63,288 nucleotides of DNA from Candidatus Omnitrophota bacterium (GCA_013203315.1 JABMQJ010000013.1:1-63288), one strand, 5' to 3'. Shown: positions 46,179 to 58,077, counted from the first letter of the stretch. Numbers and translations are program-made. Notes: generated by a model not told the origin, from the letters alone.

Positions 46179-47201
46179 TTATACTATCCCTGCTAATTTC
46201 TTAACTTTTTCGGCGTCCTTCTTATCGCAAATGAGCGTGCCGTTTTCGGTGCGCACTACTACCATGCCACGAAGCCCTGCCACGTCGAGATTTTCTTTTC
46301 CCGAATTATACACGATCGAATCGCGGGTATCCACCAAAGTTGTTTTGCCGAAATAAATATTTCCGTTTTTGTCCGGCTTTAAGCCCAGTGCCTCCAGACT
46401 ATTCCAGCTCCCTAAATCACTCCATGAAAAATTTCCTTTTATGCAATAAAGATTTTTTGCTTTTTCGATAACCTGATAATCTATTGAAACATTTTTCATT
46501 TTCGCGTACGCGGCTTGTTTACTGCAATTTCTCATTTTTATACGCTGCAACTGGCTGTATAAGAGCGGCGCATGTTTTTGCATTGCTTCCAAAATATCTT
46601 TTGCCTTAAAAACAAACATCCCCGCGTTCCACAGGTAGTTTTTGTTTTTTATAAGCGCGGCGGCTTTTTTTACAGTCGGCTTTTCTATAAACTTATCTAC
46701 GGAATAAATGCCCGCTTTCAAGCGCGATTTTACCTTGATATAACCGTACGCTGATGAAGCGCTTTTTGGTTTTATTCCCACGCAAAGTAGCGCCGTGTTC
46801 TTGCGCGCGAAATTAACAGCGTTTTTTATCGTTTTTGTAAAGGCGCGCGTGTCTTTTATCAAAGCGTCCGTAGGCAAAACCGTTATTATGCTTTCGGGGT
46901 CAAGGTTAATGGCCGCCAAACCGACAGCGCTTGCCGTGCTCCTACCGAAAGGCTCGACTATAACATTCCTTTTCGGTACGCCTCCTGCGAATTTTCTTAC
47001 AAGTCTTGCCTGTCTTTTGTCGACTACTATAACTATATTCTTCTTGCCTATTACGCTTTTTAGCCTTTCGATAGCCTCAACAATAAGAGGCTTTTTACCG
47101 GCTATGCGCACAAAGGATTTCGAATAGTTTCCCGTGGAGAGGGGCCAGAGCCTGGTCCCTTTTCCACCGGCAAGCAATATAGCGTATACGTCTTTTTTCA
47201 T
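46179..47201 (-). CDS. manC: Mannose-1-phosphate guanylyltransferase
   Basis: LAGGKGTRLWPLS, EPFGRSTA, FIEKP, WNAGMF, SIDYQVIEK, WSDLGSW; no cupin domain. Confidence 0.9.
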   Translation of the reverse strand: MKKDVYAILLAGGKGTRLWPLSTGNYSKSFVRIAGKKPLIVEAIERLKSVIGKKNIVIVVDKRQARLVRKFAGGVPKRNVIVEPFGRSTASAVGLAAINLDPESIITVLPTDALIKDTRAFTKTIKNAVNFARKNTALLCVGIKPKSASSAYGYIKVKSRLKAGIYSVDKFIEKPTVKKAAALIKNKNYLWNAGMFVFKAKDILEAMQKHAPLLYSQLQRIKMRNCSKQAAYAKMKNVSIDYQVIEKAKNLYCIKGNFSWSDLGSWNSLEALGLKPDKNGNIYFGKTTLVDTRDSIVYNSGKENLDVAGLRGMVVVRTENGTLICDKKDAEKVKKLAGIV

Positions 47202-47202
47202 T

Positions 47203-47997
47203 TTAATGAATTGCCCGGGCTAAGCCCTTAACAAAAGCACTTACCTTTTTATTTAAATCTTTTTTACCTATATTTTTTTCTATGATCTTGATAACCGCGC
47301 TTCCTACAATAATACCGTCTGCTAAGCGGGCCAGTTTCTTTGCCTGTTTCGGATTCGAAATACCGAATCCGACGCAAACAGGTTTTGCAGTAATTCGCTT
47401 AAGGCTTTTCACATTTTTAACAATGTCCTGCGGCAATTTTTTCCGGGCGCCCGTAACACCGGTTAAGGAAACGTAGTAAATAAAGCCCTTGCTCTTAGAC
47501 GCTATATTTTTAAGCCTGTCTTTAGTGCTTGTGGGCGCGGCTAAGAAAATTGTCGCGAAATTACGCTTTCCTGCGATACCTATAAGCGCCTTTGCCTCTT
47601 CGGGCGGCAAATCCGGCACGATAAGGCCGTCAACACCGGCTTTCCCGGAGTCTCTTACAAAGTTTGAAAGGCCGTAATGCGCCACGAGGTTATAGTATGT
47701 CATGAATACGAGCGGTAGTTTAACTTTTTTTCTAACCGAACGCACCATTTTTAGAATGCTTTTTACATTTGCGCCTTTTTTTAGTGCGCGCTGTGAGGCC
47801 CTCTGTATGGTCGGGCCGTCGGCTAAGGGATCCGAAAAAGGTATGCCGATTTCGACTAAATCGACTCCGCTTTTTTCAAGCTCCGTGATAAGCTTTTCCG
47901 TAACGCTAAGATTCGGGTCGCCTGCTGTTATATAAACTATAAAAGCTTTTTTCCGCTTTTTCTTTAATCCTTTAAATAATGCGTCGATTCTATTCAT
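47203..47997 (-). CDS. trpA: Tryptophan synthase alpha chain
   Basis: YITAGDP, EIGIPFSDPLADGPTIQ, GVTG, VGFGIS. Confidence 0.97.
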   Translation of the reverse strand: MNRIDALFKGLKKKRKKAFIVYITAGDPNLSVTEKLITELEKSGVDLVEIGIPFSDPLADGPTIQRASQRALKKGANVKSILKMVRSVRKKVKLPLVFMTYYNLVAHYGLSNFVRDSGKAGVDGLIVPDLPPEEAKALIGIAGKRNFATIFLAAPTSTKDRLKNIASKSKGFIYYVSLTGVTGARKKLPQDIVKNVKSLKRITAKPVCVGFGISNPKQAKKLARLADGIIVGSAVIKIIEKNIGKKDLNKKVSAFVKGLARAIH

Positions 47998-48011
47998 TGT
48001 TAGCCCCTCAC

Positions 48012-49208
48012 TTAAAACTTTATATGTTCTTTAACAATATCTATGTCTTTATCCCCTCGCCCGGAAATACAAATGACGATCGTGTTATTCTTTTTAAGTT
48101 TCGGCGCAAGTTTTGAGGCATAATGTATCGCGTGCGCTGATTCAAGCGCCGGGATAATGCCTTCACATTCCGATAAAAGCCTAAATCCCCTGAGGGCATC
48201 ACTATCGGTAACGGCGACGTATTTAGCTCTTTTTATTTTTTTATAATAAGAGTGTTCCGGCCCGACACCAGGATAATCCAGCCCCGCTGAAATCGAGTGA
48301 GCTATATTAATCTGTCCGTCTTTATCCTGTAATAGATAGCTTCTTGAGCCATGAAGTATGCCGGGCGCTCCTTTAACCAGTGTAGCAGCATGCTCTTTTG
48401 TTGCTACACCCCTACCCGCCGCTTCCACGCCTACGAATTTTACTTTTTTATCGTTGAAAAAAGGATGAAACAACCCGATAGAATTACTTCCGCCGCCAAC
48501 GCAGGCAACAAGATAATCCGGGAGACGCTTCTTTATTTTTAAAATCTGTGACTTAGCTTCTTTTCCTATTACCGACTGGAATTTCCTTACCATGAAAGGA
48601 TAAGGGTGAGGCCCTACGACAGAACCCAGTATATAATGCGTATTTCTTACGTTTGTAACCCAGTCTCTTATAGCTTCGTTAGTAGCGTCTTTCAAGGTGC
48701 ACGACCCGCTTGTAACCGGTACGACCTTAGCGCCGAGAAGTTTCATTCTATACACGTTCAGGGCCTGGCGTCTAATGTCTTCGGTGCCCATGTAAACATC
48801 GCACTCAAATCCAAATACGGCCGCGACTGTAGCCGTTGCTACACCATGCTGGCCCGCGCCTGTTTCGGCAATAATACGCTGCTTTCCCATTTTTTTCGCA
48901 AGAAGCGCCTGTCCCAGTGTATTATTTATCTTGTGCGCGCCTGTATGCGCAAGATCTTCGCGCTTTAGATAAATCGCGGCGCCACCTAGCTTTTTCGTAA
49001 GGCGCTTCGCGAAGTAAAGAGGTGTCGGGCGGCCGGCGTAGTCTTTTAAATAATAATCGAATTCCTTTAAAAAACTCCTATCCCGTAAGGCCTTGTTCAG
49101 CTCGCCTTCCAGCTCCTTTAGGGCATGCATGAGCGTCTCCGGCACGAACTTACCGCCGAATTCGCCGAAATAACCTCTTTTATCCGGTGTTTTATGCTTT
49201 TTTCGCAT
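48012..49208 (-). CDS. trpB: Tryptophan synthase beta chain
   Basis: [42 protein letters not shown]. Confidence 0.98.
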   Translation of the reverse strand: MRKKHKTPDKRGYFGEFGGKFVPETLMHALKELEGELNKALRDRSFLKEFDYYLKDYAGRPTPLYFAKRLTKKLGGAAIYLKREDLAHTGAHKINNTLGQALLAKKMGKQRIIAETGAGQHGVATATVAAVFGFECDVYMGTEDIRRQALNVYRMKLLGAKVVPVTSGSCTLKDATNEAIRDWVTNVRNTHYILGSVVGPHPYPFMVRKFQSVIGKEAKSQILKIKKRLPDYLVACVGGGSNSIGLFHPFFNDKKVKFVGVEAAGRGVATKEHAATLVKGAPGILHGSRSYLLQDKDGQINIAHSISAGLDYPGVGPEHSYYKKIKRAKYVAVTDSDALRGFRLLSECEGIIPALESAHAIHYASKLAPKLKKNNTIVICISGRGDKDIDIVKEHIKF

Positions 49209-49812
49209 TTTCTATAAACTCCTTTAAAAGTTTGTGATTCTTTACGCCGGGCGATTTTTCAACGCCGCTTGCCACGTCTACCGCATACGGCGATACTTTC
49301 TTTATTGCCTCGCTTACATTTTCGGGCGTTAAGCCCCCTGCTAAAAAAATAGGTTTCTTGAACTTTTTTCCTTTTAAAATGTCCCAGTTAAAACTTATGC
49401 CCGTGCCCCCGGGCATTCCTTTTACATAAGTGTCAAAGAGGTAGTGATCGACGTCTTCGTATTTATCTATACCTGCGATGCTTGATTCATCTTTTACCTT
49501 GAAAGATTTTATTATTTTAAAATCTTTTCTTAATTCCTTGCAATCCCCGGGGCTTTCGTCCCCGTGTAATTGAAGATAATCAATCCAGCACATCTTCGCT
49601 GTCGAAACTATACTGTGGTGATCCTGGTTTAAAAATAGGCCTACCTTTTGGACATTCTTAGGCAGGCTGTCTATAATCGCCTGGGCGTCCGAGGGGTCTA
49701 TCTTTCTCGGGCTATCATCGAAAAAGATAAATCCCAAAAAATCTGCCCCGAACTCAAGCGCCTTTTTGGCGTCTTCCTTATTTGTAATTCCGCAAATCTT
49801 AACCTTTGTCAT
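49192..49812 (-). CDS. trpF: Phosphoribosylanthranilate isomerase
   Basis: [31 protein letters not shown]. Confidence 0.96.
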   Translation of the reverse strand: MTKVKICGITNKEDAKKALEFGADFLGFIFFDDSPRKIDPSDAQAIIDSLPKNVQKVGLFLNQDHHSIVSTAKMCWIDYLQLHGDESPGDCKELRKDFKIIKSFKVKDESSIAGIDKYEDVDHYLFDTYVKGMPGGTGISFNWDILKGKKFKKPIFLAGGLTPENVSEAIKKVSPYAVDVASGVEKSPGVKNHKLLKEFIENAKKA

Positions 49813-49825
49813 AATCTAACTCCGG

Positions 49826-50602
49826 TTAGTACCGCATGACATCGCGCACTTTAGCGCCAATGTCGTCAGCCTCCATAAACGTTTCGCCGATTAAAACCGC
49901 GTTTATGCCCAGGCTCTTAAGAAACATCACGTCTTCGTAAGTCTTTATGCCGCTTTCTGAAACCCTTACCTTGCTCTCGGGAATCAGTCTTATAAGCCTC
50001 TGCGTAGTAGCCAGGTCAACCCTGAATGTTGTAAGATCCCTATTATTTATACCTATGATGGAAGCTCCGGATTTAAGGGCTTTATCAACGTCCTCTTCGT
50101 TTTGAACTTCGACTAAAACGTCCATACCAAGTTCCTTGGATAATCTATAAAAGTGTGCAAGTTCTTCTGCGGTTAAAATATGGGCAATGAGTAAAATCGC
50201 ATCCGCGCCGTAGTAAAGCGACTCGTAAATCTGATATTCATCTATAATAAAATCTTTACGAAGAAGCGGGAGCGTGACTTTCCCTTTGAGGCTTTTAAGA
50301 ATCTTGAGATTGCCTTCAAAAAATCTCTCATCCGTCAACACTGAAAGGGCGCTGGCGCCGTTTGCCTGATACGTAAGGGCTATTTTAAGCGGATTAAAGT
50401 CGCCCCTTATGATGCCCTTAGACGGTGAGGCTTTTTTAAGCTCCCCGATTAAGTTTATGTGATGTGGGCGGGCAACATTTCTTTTAAAAGAGCTTTTTAA
50501 ATAAATTTTTTGCGCGAGCTCTTTTAGCTTTTGCTCAGGTAGCGCTACGCGCGACCTTTCAATTTGTTTTCGCTTTTCGTTTAATATTTTTGAAAGTATC
50601 AT
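49826..50602 (-). CDS. trpC: Indole-3-glycerol-phosphate synthase
   Basis: ELKKASPSKG, LSVLTD, LRKDFI, GINNRDL, SESGI; start re-called at MILSK (ATGA overlap with the trpD stop). Confidence 0.95.
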   Translation of the reverse strand: MILSKILNEKRKQIERSRVALPEQKLKELAQKIYLKSSFKRNVARPHHINLIGELKKASPSKGIIRGDFNPLKIALTYQANGASALSVLTDERFFEGNLKILKSLKGKVTLPLLRKDFIIDEYQIYESLYYGADAILLIAHILTAEELAHFYRLSKELGMDVLVEVQNEEDVDKALKSGASIIGINNRDLTTFRVDLATTQRLIRLIPESKVRVSESGIKTYEDVMFLKSLGINAVLIGETFMEADDIGAKVRDVMRY

Positions 50603-51606
50603 TTGGTTATCTTTTTTAACTTCTCCAGTTTTTCCAGCGCCCGGCCTGAGTCGATGGACTCTTCGGCTTTCTTTATGCCTTCCTGAAAACTCTCGGTTAC
50701 TCCGGTAACGCATATAGCCGCACCGGCATTCAATAAAACAATGTCTCGCTTCGGGCCTTTGGCGCCTTTTAAGATACTTAACGCTATTTTTGCATTAAAA
50801 GCGGCATCGCCGCCTTTTAAATCTTCCTTTTTAGCCGGCGTAAAACCTAAGCTCTTCGGCTTTATTATGTGCGGCTTGACCTTGTCATTTTTCAGCTCCG
50901 CTAAGCAGGTTATGTCAGTAGTTGTTATTTCGTCTAATCCGTCTTTTCCGCGTACGACAAGCGCCCTTTTAGAACCAAGATTTTTTAGCACGTTTGCCAC
51001 AGGCACGATTAAGCTTTCATCGTAAACCCCTAAAATCTGGTATTTAGCTCCCGCCGGATTGGTAAGCGGTCCAAGAATGTTAAAAATCGATCGCGTTTTA
51101 ATCATTTTCCTTGCCGGCATCGCGTATTTCATCGCAAGATGAAGCTTCGGGGCAAATAAAAACCCTATGCCAATCTCATTTATGCACTCCTCGACTAAAG
51201 TTTTATCAATGTCGATATTGACGCCCAGCGCCGTGAGAAGGTCAGCGCTACCGCACTTACTCGATACGGCCCTGTTGCCGTGCTTGGCAACGCTGCATCC
51301 TGCGCCTGAGGCGACAAAAGCGCTAATCGTAGAGATATTAAACGTATCTCGGCCGTCACCGCCGGTGCCGCATGTATCAAGGAGACGTTTGCTTTTTACG
51401 TTTATTTTTGTAGCGAATTTTCGCATGACGGTAGCAGCGCCGGTTATTTCCTCGACGCTCTCTTTTTTCTCTTTAAGCGCAAGCAGGAATGAGGCAATAA
51501 CTTCTGTGTCAACCTTTCCTGTCATGATCTCGGTAAAAACAGTTTCGGTCTCTTTTGCTGAAAGATTTTCTTTTTTATTTATTTTTTCTACTGCTTCTTT
51601 TATCAT
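50599..51606 (-). CDS. trpD: Anthranilate phosphoribosyltransferase
   Basis: DTCGTGGDG, NIST, KHGNRAVSSKCGSAD, GLDEI. Confidence 0.97.
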   Translation of the reverse strand: MIKEAVEKINKKENLSAKETETVFTEIMTGKVDTEVIASFLLALKEKKESVEEITGAATVMRKFATKINVKSKRLLDTCGTGGDGRDTFNISTISAFVASGAGCSVAKHGNRAVSSKCGSADLLTALGVNIDIDKTLVEECINEIGIGFLFAPKLHLAMKYAMPARKMIKTRSIFNILGPLTNPAGAKYQILGVYDESLIVPVANVLKNLGSKRALVVRGKDGLDEITTTDITCLAELKNDKVKPHIIKPKSLGFTPAKKEDLKGGDAAFNAKIALSILKGAKGPKRDIVLLNAGAAICVTGVTESFQEGIKKAEESIDSGRALEKLEKLKKITK

Positions 51607-52181
51607 TATCTTGCTTTCAGGAAATTCTTCAAAATCTTTTTACCCTCGCCGGTTAGAATTGATTCCGGATGAAACTGCACACCCCAGGTCGGGTGCTTTT
51701 TATGCTTTAGACCCATGATCTCTTTTCTTTTAGTTTCGGCTGTAATTTCTAAAATTTCCGGCAAAGATTTGCGCTCCACTATGAGCGAGTGATAACGCGT
51801 TGCTTCAAACGGATTTTTTACACTTTTAAAAATATCCTTCCGGTCGTGATATATGGAAGATGTTTTTCCGTGCATTATTAAATTTGCCCTTACAACCTTG
51901 CCGCCAAACACTTCCCCCATGCACTGATGCCCGAGACAAACCCCCAAGATAGGAATCTTGCCTGAAAACTCTTTTATAACAGCGTTCGATATTCCTGCCG
52001 CGCGCGGTGTACCGGGGCCGGGTGAAATTATTATCTTCGAGGGTTTCAGCTTTTTTATGCCTTTGGGTGTAATTTCGTCATTCCTGAAAACCGTAAGCTT
52101 CGCCCCGAGTTCGCCCAGATACTGCACGAGGTTATACGTAAACGAATCGTAGTTATCAATTACTAATACCGATTTTTTCAT
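51606..52181 (-). CDS. trpG: Anthranilate synthase component II (glutamine amidotransferase)
   Basis: [28 protein letters not shown]. Confidence 0.95.
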   Translation of the reverse strand: MKKSVLVIDNYDSFTYNLVQYLGELGAKLTVFRNDEITPKGIKKLKPSKIIISPGPGTPRAAGISNAVIKEFSGKIPILGVCLGHQCMGEVFGGKVVRANLIMHGKTSSIYHDRKDIFKSVKNPFEATRYHSLIVERKSLPEILEITAETKRKEIMGLKHKKHPTWGVQFHPESILTGEGKKILKNFLKAR

Positions 52182-53668
52182 TAGCTCCCTTCGGTGTCGC
52201 GGATAGCCTTTAACATTGCCTTTGCCTTGTTAAGCGTTTCCTGGTATTCGCTAGCCGGTTTTGAGTCCGCAACTATACCCGCGCCCGCCTGTATATAGGC
52301 GGTTTTATCCTTAATTAGAATCGTGCGAATTGTTATGCATGTATCCAGGTTCCCCGAAAAGCTGAAATACCCCACGCTTCCTGCGTAAGTGCCCCTTTTA
52401 ACGTTTTCGAGTTCATCGATTATTTCCATCGCGCGAATTTTGGGCGCGCCCGCAACCGTGCCGGCCGGAAACGAAGCCCTTACAAGCTTGTAAATATCGC
52501 TATTCTTTTTTAAACGGCCCGAGACATCGCTTACGATATGCATGACGTGCGAATATTTCTCAATAGTCATGAAGTCAGTTACTTTTATGGTGTCGAACTT
52601 GCAAACTCTTCCTATGTCATTGCGGCCCAGGTCAACGAGCATTATGTGCTCGGCCCTTTCTTTGGGATCGCTTAAAAGCTCTCTCATAAGGCGCCTATCT
52701 TCTTCGGCGTTTCGCCCCCTTCGCCTTGTTCCCGCAATAGGCCGCACCTCGGCCTGGCCATCTTCACAGCGAACCATGACCTCCGGCGAAGCGCCTACAA
52801 GCTTCGTTCCGCCGAACTTGAGGTAATACATGTAAGGCGAGGGATTTATCTTCCGTAGCGTCTTGTATACGTCAAAAGGATCGCAATTTATCTTCGTTTT
52901 AAGCCTCTGAGAAAGCACGGTTTGAATAATGTCGCCTGCTTTTATATATTCTTTTGCCTTTTTTACAGCATTCATGAACTGTTTTTTTGTAAAATTTGAT
53001 TTTATAATATTTTTCCGCGCCGGTTTCTTTTTCGGCCGGCATTCTGTTATTTTAGTTGCTTCCGAAAGCCGTTTAGCGATCCTCTCGATTTTCACTATGG
53101 CTTCATCGTACGAAGAAGATGCGTCTTTACCAACGTGGGCATTCGAAACAATCTTTATCTTACGGTCCACGTGGTCAAAAAGAAGAATGGTGTCGGTCAA
53201 CATGAAAATAGAGTCCGGCAGTTTCAGGTCGTCTTTATTCCTGTCCGGTATTTTTTCAAAAAACCTGACAACGTCGTACCCCATGTAGCCGACAAGCCCG
53301 CCGCAAAATCTCGGAAGCCCTTTTACGGGCACGAAAGAGAACTTTTTCATTATATTTTTAATTTCTTCAAGCGGATCTTTGCGCGTCCTGAAAACTTTTT
53401 TCTTCTTTCCCTGTAATATAGTAATTTTTCTACCCTTGCTCATGAAAACAAGCGATGGTTTGCTCCCCAGGAAAGAATAGCGCGCTATCCTCTCGCCGCC
53501 TTCTATGGATTCCAGGAGATAAGAAAAGTTTCCTTCGTCTATTTTCGCAAAAGCCGAAAGCGGCGAATGAAAATTAGCCGGTATCGCCCTGTAAACAGGG
53601 ATAAGGTTTCCCTTCCTCGCCAGCTTTATGAACTCTTTCTTACTCGGATACATATGGGGACGTTTCAC
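52181..53668 (-). CDS. trpE: Anthranilate synthase component I
   Basis: [42 protein letters not shown]; start is GTG 53668 or ATG 53653. Confidence 0.95.
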   Translation of the reverse strand: MKRPHMYPSKKEFIKLARKGNLIPVYRAIPANFHSPLSAFAKIDEGNFSYLLESIEGGERIARYSFLGSKPSLVFMSKGRKITILQGKKKKVFRTRKDPLEEIKNIMKKFSFVPVKGLPRFCGGLVGYMGYDVVRFFEKIPDRNKDDLKLPDSIFMLTDTILLFDHVDRKIKIVSNAHVGKDASSSYDEAIVKIERIAKRLSEATKITECRPKKKPARKNIIKSNFTKKQFMNAVKKAKEYIKAGDIIQTVLSQRLKTKINCDPFDVYKTLRKINPSPYMYYLKFGGTKLVGASPEVMVRCEDGQAEVRPIAGTRRRGRNAEEDRRLMRELLSDPKERAEHIMLVDLGRNDIGRVCKFDTIKVTDFMTIEKYSHVMHIVSDVSGRLKKNSDIYKLVRASFPAGTVAGAPKIRAMEIIDELENVKRGTYAGSVGYFSFSGNLDTCITIRTILIKDKTAYIQAGAGIVADSKPASEYQETLNKAKAMLKAIRDTEGS

Positions 53669-53728
53669 CTTGCTCTATCTCTTTACACTATAACGACTTA
53701 TGAGCGCTACCTGTACACTTTTTCGAAC

Positions 53729-54112
53729 TTACTTTTTATAAACATCCTTCGGGTCAAAAATGCGTTTTTCTACGATAGTTTCTTTGCCTGTTTTATCGAT
53801 CTGCCTGAAGTAACATGTAAAATACCCCTCGTGGCAGGCAGCACTTCTTTGCTCAGCCTTAATTAGAATCGAGTTATTGGCGCAATCCACAAAAACCTCT
53901 TTTACGGACTGGATATTGCCGGATGTCTCGCCTTTTAACATGATTCTATTTTTCGATCTCCTAAAAACATACACCTTGCCTTCGTTCAAAGTTTTTTCGA
54001 GCGCGTCTTTATTCATATAGCAAAGGGTTAGCACTTTACCGGTTTTATAATCCTGTATAACCGCCGGGATCAGGCCTTTTTCGTCGAAGTTTAATTTGTC
54101 TATTTTACTCAT
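53729..54112 (-). CDS. hisI: Phosphoribosyl-AMP cyclohydrolase
   Basis: GLIPAVIQD, KGETSG, C-x15-CH-x5-C zinc motif. Confidence 0.9.
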   Translation of the reverse strand: MSKIDKLNFDEKGLIPAVIQDYKTGKVLTLCYMNKDALEKTLNEGKVYVFRRSKNRIMLKGETSGNIQSVKEVFVDCANNSILIKAEQRSAACHEGYFTCYFRQIDKTGKETIVEKRIFDPKDVYKK

Positions 54113-54122
54113 CTCGCCCCCT

Positions 54123-54881
54123 CTAAATCCTCATTTCCACATTCTTTGACTTAAGATACTCCTTAACCTGCTTTATCGAAAATTCCTTAAAGTGAAATAC
54201 GCTTGCAGCCAATGCCGCGTCTGCTTTGCCTTCGGTTAAGGCTTCGCGAAAATGTTCCAGCGTTCCGCAGCCGCCGCTTGCTATCACAGGAATAGTTATA
54301 GCTTCTGAAATTTTTTTCGTAAGCTCTATATCGTATCCGTCTTTTGTGCCGTCTCTATCCATGCTTGTAAGTAAAATCTCCCCCGCGCCTAATGATACGA
54401 CCTTTTTTGCCCATTCGATTGCATCTTTTCCTGTTGGGGTACGGCCGCCGTTTATAAAGACTTCCCAATTGCCGCTTTTTTGCTTTTTTGCGTCTATCGC
54501 TACAACGATACACTGTGTTCCGAATTTATCACTAGCTTCCTTTATAAACTCAGGCCTTTTAACCGCCGCTGTATTAATCGAAACCTTATCGCAGCCCGCG
54601 TTCAGTAGGCTACTTATATCCTCGAGTGAACTTATACCGCCCCCTACGGTAAACGGCATGAAAACTTTTTCCGCGACGCGCCCTACGACCTCGACCATGG
54701 TCTTTCGTTTTTCGACGCTTGCCGTTATGTCCAAAAATACAAGCTCGTCGGCGCCTTCGTCGTTATAGATCTTGGCGTTTTCCACGGGGTCGCCTGCGTC
54801 TCTTAAATTTACAAAATTTACGCCTTTTACGACTCTTCCTTCTTTAACGTCGAGGCACGGAATTATTCTTTTAGCCAGCAC
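54123..54881 (-). CDS. hisF: Imidazole glycerol phosphate synthase cyclase subunit
   Basis: [36 protein letters not shown]. Confidence 0.97.
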   Translation of the reverse strand: MLAKRIIPCLDVKEGRVVKGVNFVNLRDAGDPVENAKIYNDEGADELVFLDITASVEKRKTMVEVVGRVAEKVFMPFTVGGGISSLEDISSLLNAGCDKVSINTAAVKRPEFIKEASDKFGTQCIVVAIDAKKQKSGNWEVFINGGRTPTGKDAIEWAKKVVSLGAGEILLTSMDRDGTKDGYDIELTKKISEAITIPVIASGGCGTLEHFREALTEGKADAALAASVFHFKEFSIKQVKEYLKSKNVEMRI

Positions 54882-55590
54882 GCAAGGCCTCCTCCAGCTT
54901 TAGCTTCCCTTCATAAAGAGCTTTGCCTATGATAGCGGCTTTGAGGCCGTCTTTTTCCAGCTCTTTCAGGACCTTTATGTCATCTAATGTCGAAACCCCG
55001 CCCGATGCGATGACTTCAAGTGACGTTGCCTGTAAGACTGCTTTCAGGCTTTCCAGATTAGGGCCTACCATCATCCCGTCTCTTGAAATGTCGGTATATA
55101 TAATTCTTTTCGCGCCACAATTTTCAAGTTTTTTGATATATTCTGTAGCTTCTTCTTCCGAAACCTCTTTCCAGCCCTTTATGGCGACTTTTCCGTTTTT
55201 TACATCAACGGCGAAAATAATTTTGTCAGTAAATTTCGCGATCAGGCGCTTACAAAAATCCTGATCTAAAACAGCGCTCGTTCCTATGACGCAGAATTTT
55301 GCGCCGGCTTTAAAAGCGCTCTCAATATCCTCTACACTTCGCAGGCCGCCGCCGAGCTCTATGTCAATTTTCACGTTATCTACGATTTCACGCACAACGT
55401 CCAGGTTTACGGGCTTCCCGAGCCGCGCGCCGTCTAAGTCAACAACGTGAAGCAGTTTTGCGCCTAGCTCCTTCCATTTTTTGGCAATCATAATCGGGTT
55501 TTCCGAATAAACCGTCTCCTTCTCGAACTTTCCCTGTTCGAGCCTGACTACTTTCCGATCCGATATATCGATGGCCGGTATTATATTCAT
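54871..55590 (-). CDS. hisA: ProFAR isomerase
   Basis: [34 protein letters not shown]. Confidence 0.96.
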   Translation of the reverse strand: MNIIPAIDISDRKVVRLEQGKFEKETVYSENPIMIAKKWKELGAKLLHVVDLDGARLGKPVNLDVVREIVDNVKIDIELGGGLRSVEDIESAFKAGAKFCVIGTSAVLDQDFCKRLIAKFTDKIIFAVDVKNGKVAIKGWKEVSEEEATEYIKKLENCGAKRIIYTDISRDGMMVGPNLESLKAVLQATSLEVIASGGVSTLDDIKVLKELEKDGLKAAIIGKALYEGKLKLEEALRAG

Positions 55591-56201
55591 AATTTTATAA
55601 AATTCTCCAAAAATTTAAGCCCGATTTCCTGGCTTCGTTCCGGGTGAAACTGTACAGCGTATATATTATCCCGCTGGATCATCGATGTAAAATTTACACC
55701 ATAATCCGTGGTAGCTGCTATCAAACTTTCATCAGCGGGTGCCGCATAATAAGAGTGGACAAAATAAAAATATGCTCCATTCTTTATGCCATCTGTAATT
55801 TGTGATTTGGAATTCGGATTTTTGAACTTCACCTCATTCCACCCAATATGTGGAACCTTGATTCCATCTTCTTCGCGAAAGCGTTTAACTTTACCCTTGA
55901 ATACGCCTAGGCCTTTAGAGTTTCCTTCCTCACTTTCTTCAAAAAGAATTTGAAGCCCGAGGCACATTCCAAGATAGACCTTCCCTGTAGAAAGGAACTT
56001 CTTTATGGCTTCTGTAAGCCCCCTCTTTTTGAGTCCCAACATGGCATCGCCAAAAGCGCCCACGCCCGGTAAAATAACCTTGTCTGCCTTTGCGATGTCC
56101 GCCGGCGACTCACTCACTTTCGCTTCAGCACCTAAAGAAATGAGCGCGTTATACACGCTTCTTAGATTTCCCAGGCCGTAGTCTATTATAACGATCTTCA
56201 A
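55587..56201 (-). CDS. hisH: Imidazole glycerol phosphate synthase glutaminase subunit
   Basis: IDYGLGNL, LPGVGAF, GMCLGLQ, PHIGWN, QFHPE. Confidence 0.96.
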   Translation of the reverse strand: MKIVIIDYGLGNLRSVYNALISLGAEAKVSESPADIAKADKVILPGVGAFGDAMLGLKKRGLTEAIKKFLSTGKVYLGMCLGLQILFEESEEGNSKGLGVFKGKVKRFREEDGIKVPHIGWNEVKFKNPNSKSQITDGIKNGAYFYFVHSYYAAPADESLIAATTDYGVNFTSMIQRDNIYAVQFHPERSQEIGLKFLENFIKL

Positions 56202-56846
56202 CTATAATATGCCTTTCGTAGATGGGACCGCCTTTTTTCTTCTCGGGTCAATCTCTGTTGCATGATCCATGGCAATGCCAAGCGCTTTGAATATCGCCTC
56301 AAGCATGTGGTGCATGTCACTTCGTGAAATAATATCCACGTGTAAATTCATGCCCAGGTTTTGCGCAAGCGTTTTCAGGAAATCATTACCGTCTTCCATT
56401 GAATAGTTTTCACCGGTCTTGTTGCTCCGTATGGAAGAAAGATCCGGCTGTTCAGTAACATTCCTGAATTTAATTCCATCGTAAGAGAATCTGTTGCCTA
56501 TATCAATTGCGACATGCGCGCGCGCCTCATCCATGGGCACTTCCGAAGACCCGAAACGCCTGATTCCTTTGCAGGCGCCGAGCGCTTTTTTGAAAGCCTG
56601 GCCCAGGCATATCGCGACATCTTCGTTTGTGTGGTGCATATCCACTTCTAAGTCGCCTTTAACCTTTAATCTAAGATCGAAAAGGCCGTGAAAGGCAAAA
56701 AGGCTAAGCATGTGATCCAAGAATCCTATGCCTGTCGCTACATTGCCCGTGCCACCGCCGTCAATAACAAGCTCCCCTGTCACTTTTGTCTCGGTGGTTT
56801 TCCTGTCAATTTTTGCTTTTCTTTTCTTCGAACTTTTCTTTGTCAT
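56202..56846 (-). CDS. hisB: Imidazoleglycerol-phosphate dehydratase
   Basis: RKTTET, TGIGFLDHML, HHTNED, HHMLEAIFKA, PSTKG. Confidence 0.93.
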   Translation of the reverse strand: MTKKSSKKRKAKIDRKTTETKVTGELVIDGGGTGNVATGIGFLDHMLSLFAFHGLFDLRLKVKGDLEVDMHHTNEDVAICLGQAFKKALGACKGIRRFGSSEVPMDEARAHVAIDIGNRFSYDGIKFRNVTEQPDLSSIRSNKTGENYSMEDGNDFLKTLAQNLGMNLHVDIISRSDMHHMLEAIFKALGIAMDHATEIDPRRKKAVPSTKGIL

Positions 56847-56856
56847 CCTTCTCCTC

Positions 56857-58077
56857 CTATTTAAACCTCGCGTTCACCGAATCCATGTGTTTCGGAAGCC
56901 CTTCTATTTCAGTAAGTTTTCCGATTGAATCACGGACTTCCTCCAACGCCTTTTTAGTGTAAGAAATAATGTGCGAGCTTTTCATGAAATCATCTATGCC
57001 AAGCCCCGAGAAAAACCTCGCCGTGCCGCCTGTCGGAAGGACATGGCTTGGCCCCGCAATATAATCACCGACAGCCACGGGCGTATAGGGCCCTATGAAA
57101 ATCGCGCCGGCGTTTCTTATCTTCCTTAACACATTTCTTGGATTTTTAACCATGACCTGTAAGTGCTCAGGCGCCAGAAGGTTTGTAACCTCGACTGCCT
57201 CATCCATGTTCTTGGTTAAAATAACGTATCCTTTATCGATTTCCCGTTTTACCGCCTTTACGATGCGCTTTGAAGGCGTTACCAAAATCGATACGCCCCT
57301 TGCGTGCTCAGCTTGAGCCAAAAGATCAGCCTTGATGCACTGGGTATCGGCGTACTTATTTGCTATAATTGCAATCTCGCTCGGGCCGGCCAGCATGTCA
57401 ATATCGCAATAGCCGAATACCTGCCTCTTTGCTTCAGTAACGTACATATTACCCGGGCCCACAATCTTATCGACTTTGGGTATTGTTTTTGTCCCGAATG
57501 CCAATGCCCCGATAGCCTGGGCACCTCCCATTTTGTATATTTCGTCTACCTTTAAGAGATTGGCTACAACCAAAATGTAAGGGCTTATAGTGCCGTATTT
57601 ATTCGGCGGCGAAGCAAGAGCGATCCGCTTCACGCCTGCTATCACTGCAGGAAGAACACTCATATACACGCTTGAGACAAGCGGAACCGTGCCGCTTGGC
57701 ACATACACCCCGACTGAATCCAGGGGGGTGATTTTCTCTCCGAGCACGACGCCGTCTCTGGCCTTTGTCTTCCAGGACTTTTTCATCTGCTTCCTGTAGA
57801 ATTTATCTATATTCTCCATAACGCTTTTGATCGTCGTCACAATCTCCGGCTCAATATTCTGATAAGCGGCCGAGGTCTCGCATTCGGTTACCCTCAGGTC
57901 CTTTGGCTTCATCTTAACCTTGTCAAATTTTCTTGTGTATTTTACGACTGCTTCGTCACCGTTTAATCTTACGTTATCAAGAATTTTTTTAACACTTTCC
58001 GTTACCCGCTTTTTGAAATGCGAATTACGGTCGATAAGTTTTTTAAAATTCTTGCTTCCTATTTTTACTAGCTTCAT
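56857..58077 (-). CDS. hisD: Histidinol dehydrogenase
   Basis: GVYVPSG, IVGPGN, DMLAGPSE, QAEH, APEHL, GPSHVLPT. Confidence 0.95.
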   Translation of the reverse strand: MKLVKIGSKNFKKLIDRNSHFKKRVTESVKKILDNVRLNGDEAVVKYTRKFDKVKMKPKDLRVTECETSAAYQNIEPEIVTTIKSVMENIDKFYRKQMKKSWKTKARDGVVLGEKITPLDSVGVYVPSGTVPLVSSVYMSVLPAVIAGVKRIALASPPNKYGTISPYILVVANLLKVDEIYKMGGAQAIGALAFGTKTIPKVDKIVGPGNMYVTEAKRQVFGYCDIDMLAGPSEIAIIANKYADTQCIKADLLAQAEHARGVSILVTPSKRIVKAVKREIDKGYVILTKNMDEAVEVTNLLAPEHLQVMVKNPRNVLRKIRNAGAIFIGPYTPVAVGDYIAGPSHVLPTGGTARFFSGLGIDDFMKSSHIISYTKKALEEVRDSIGKLTEIEGLPKHMDSVNARFK

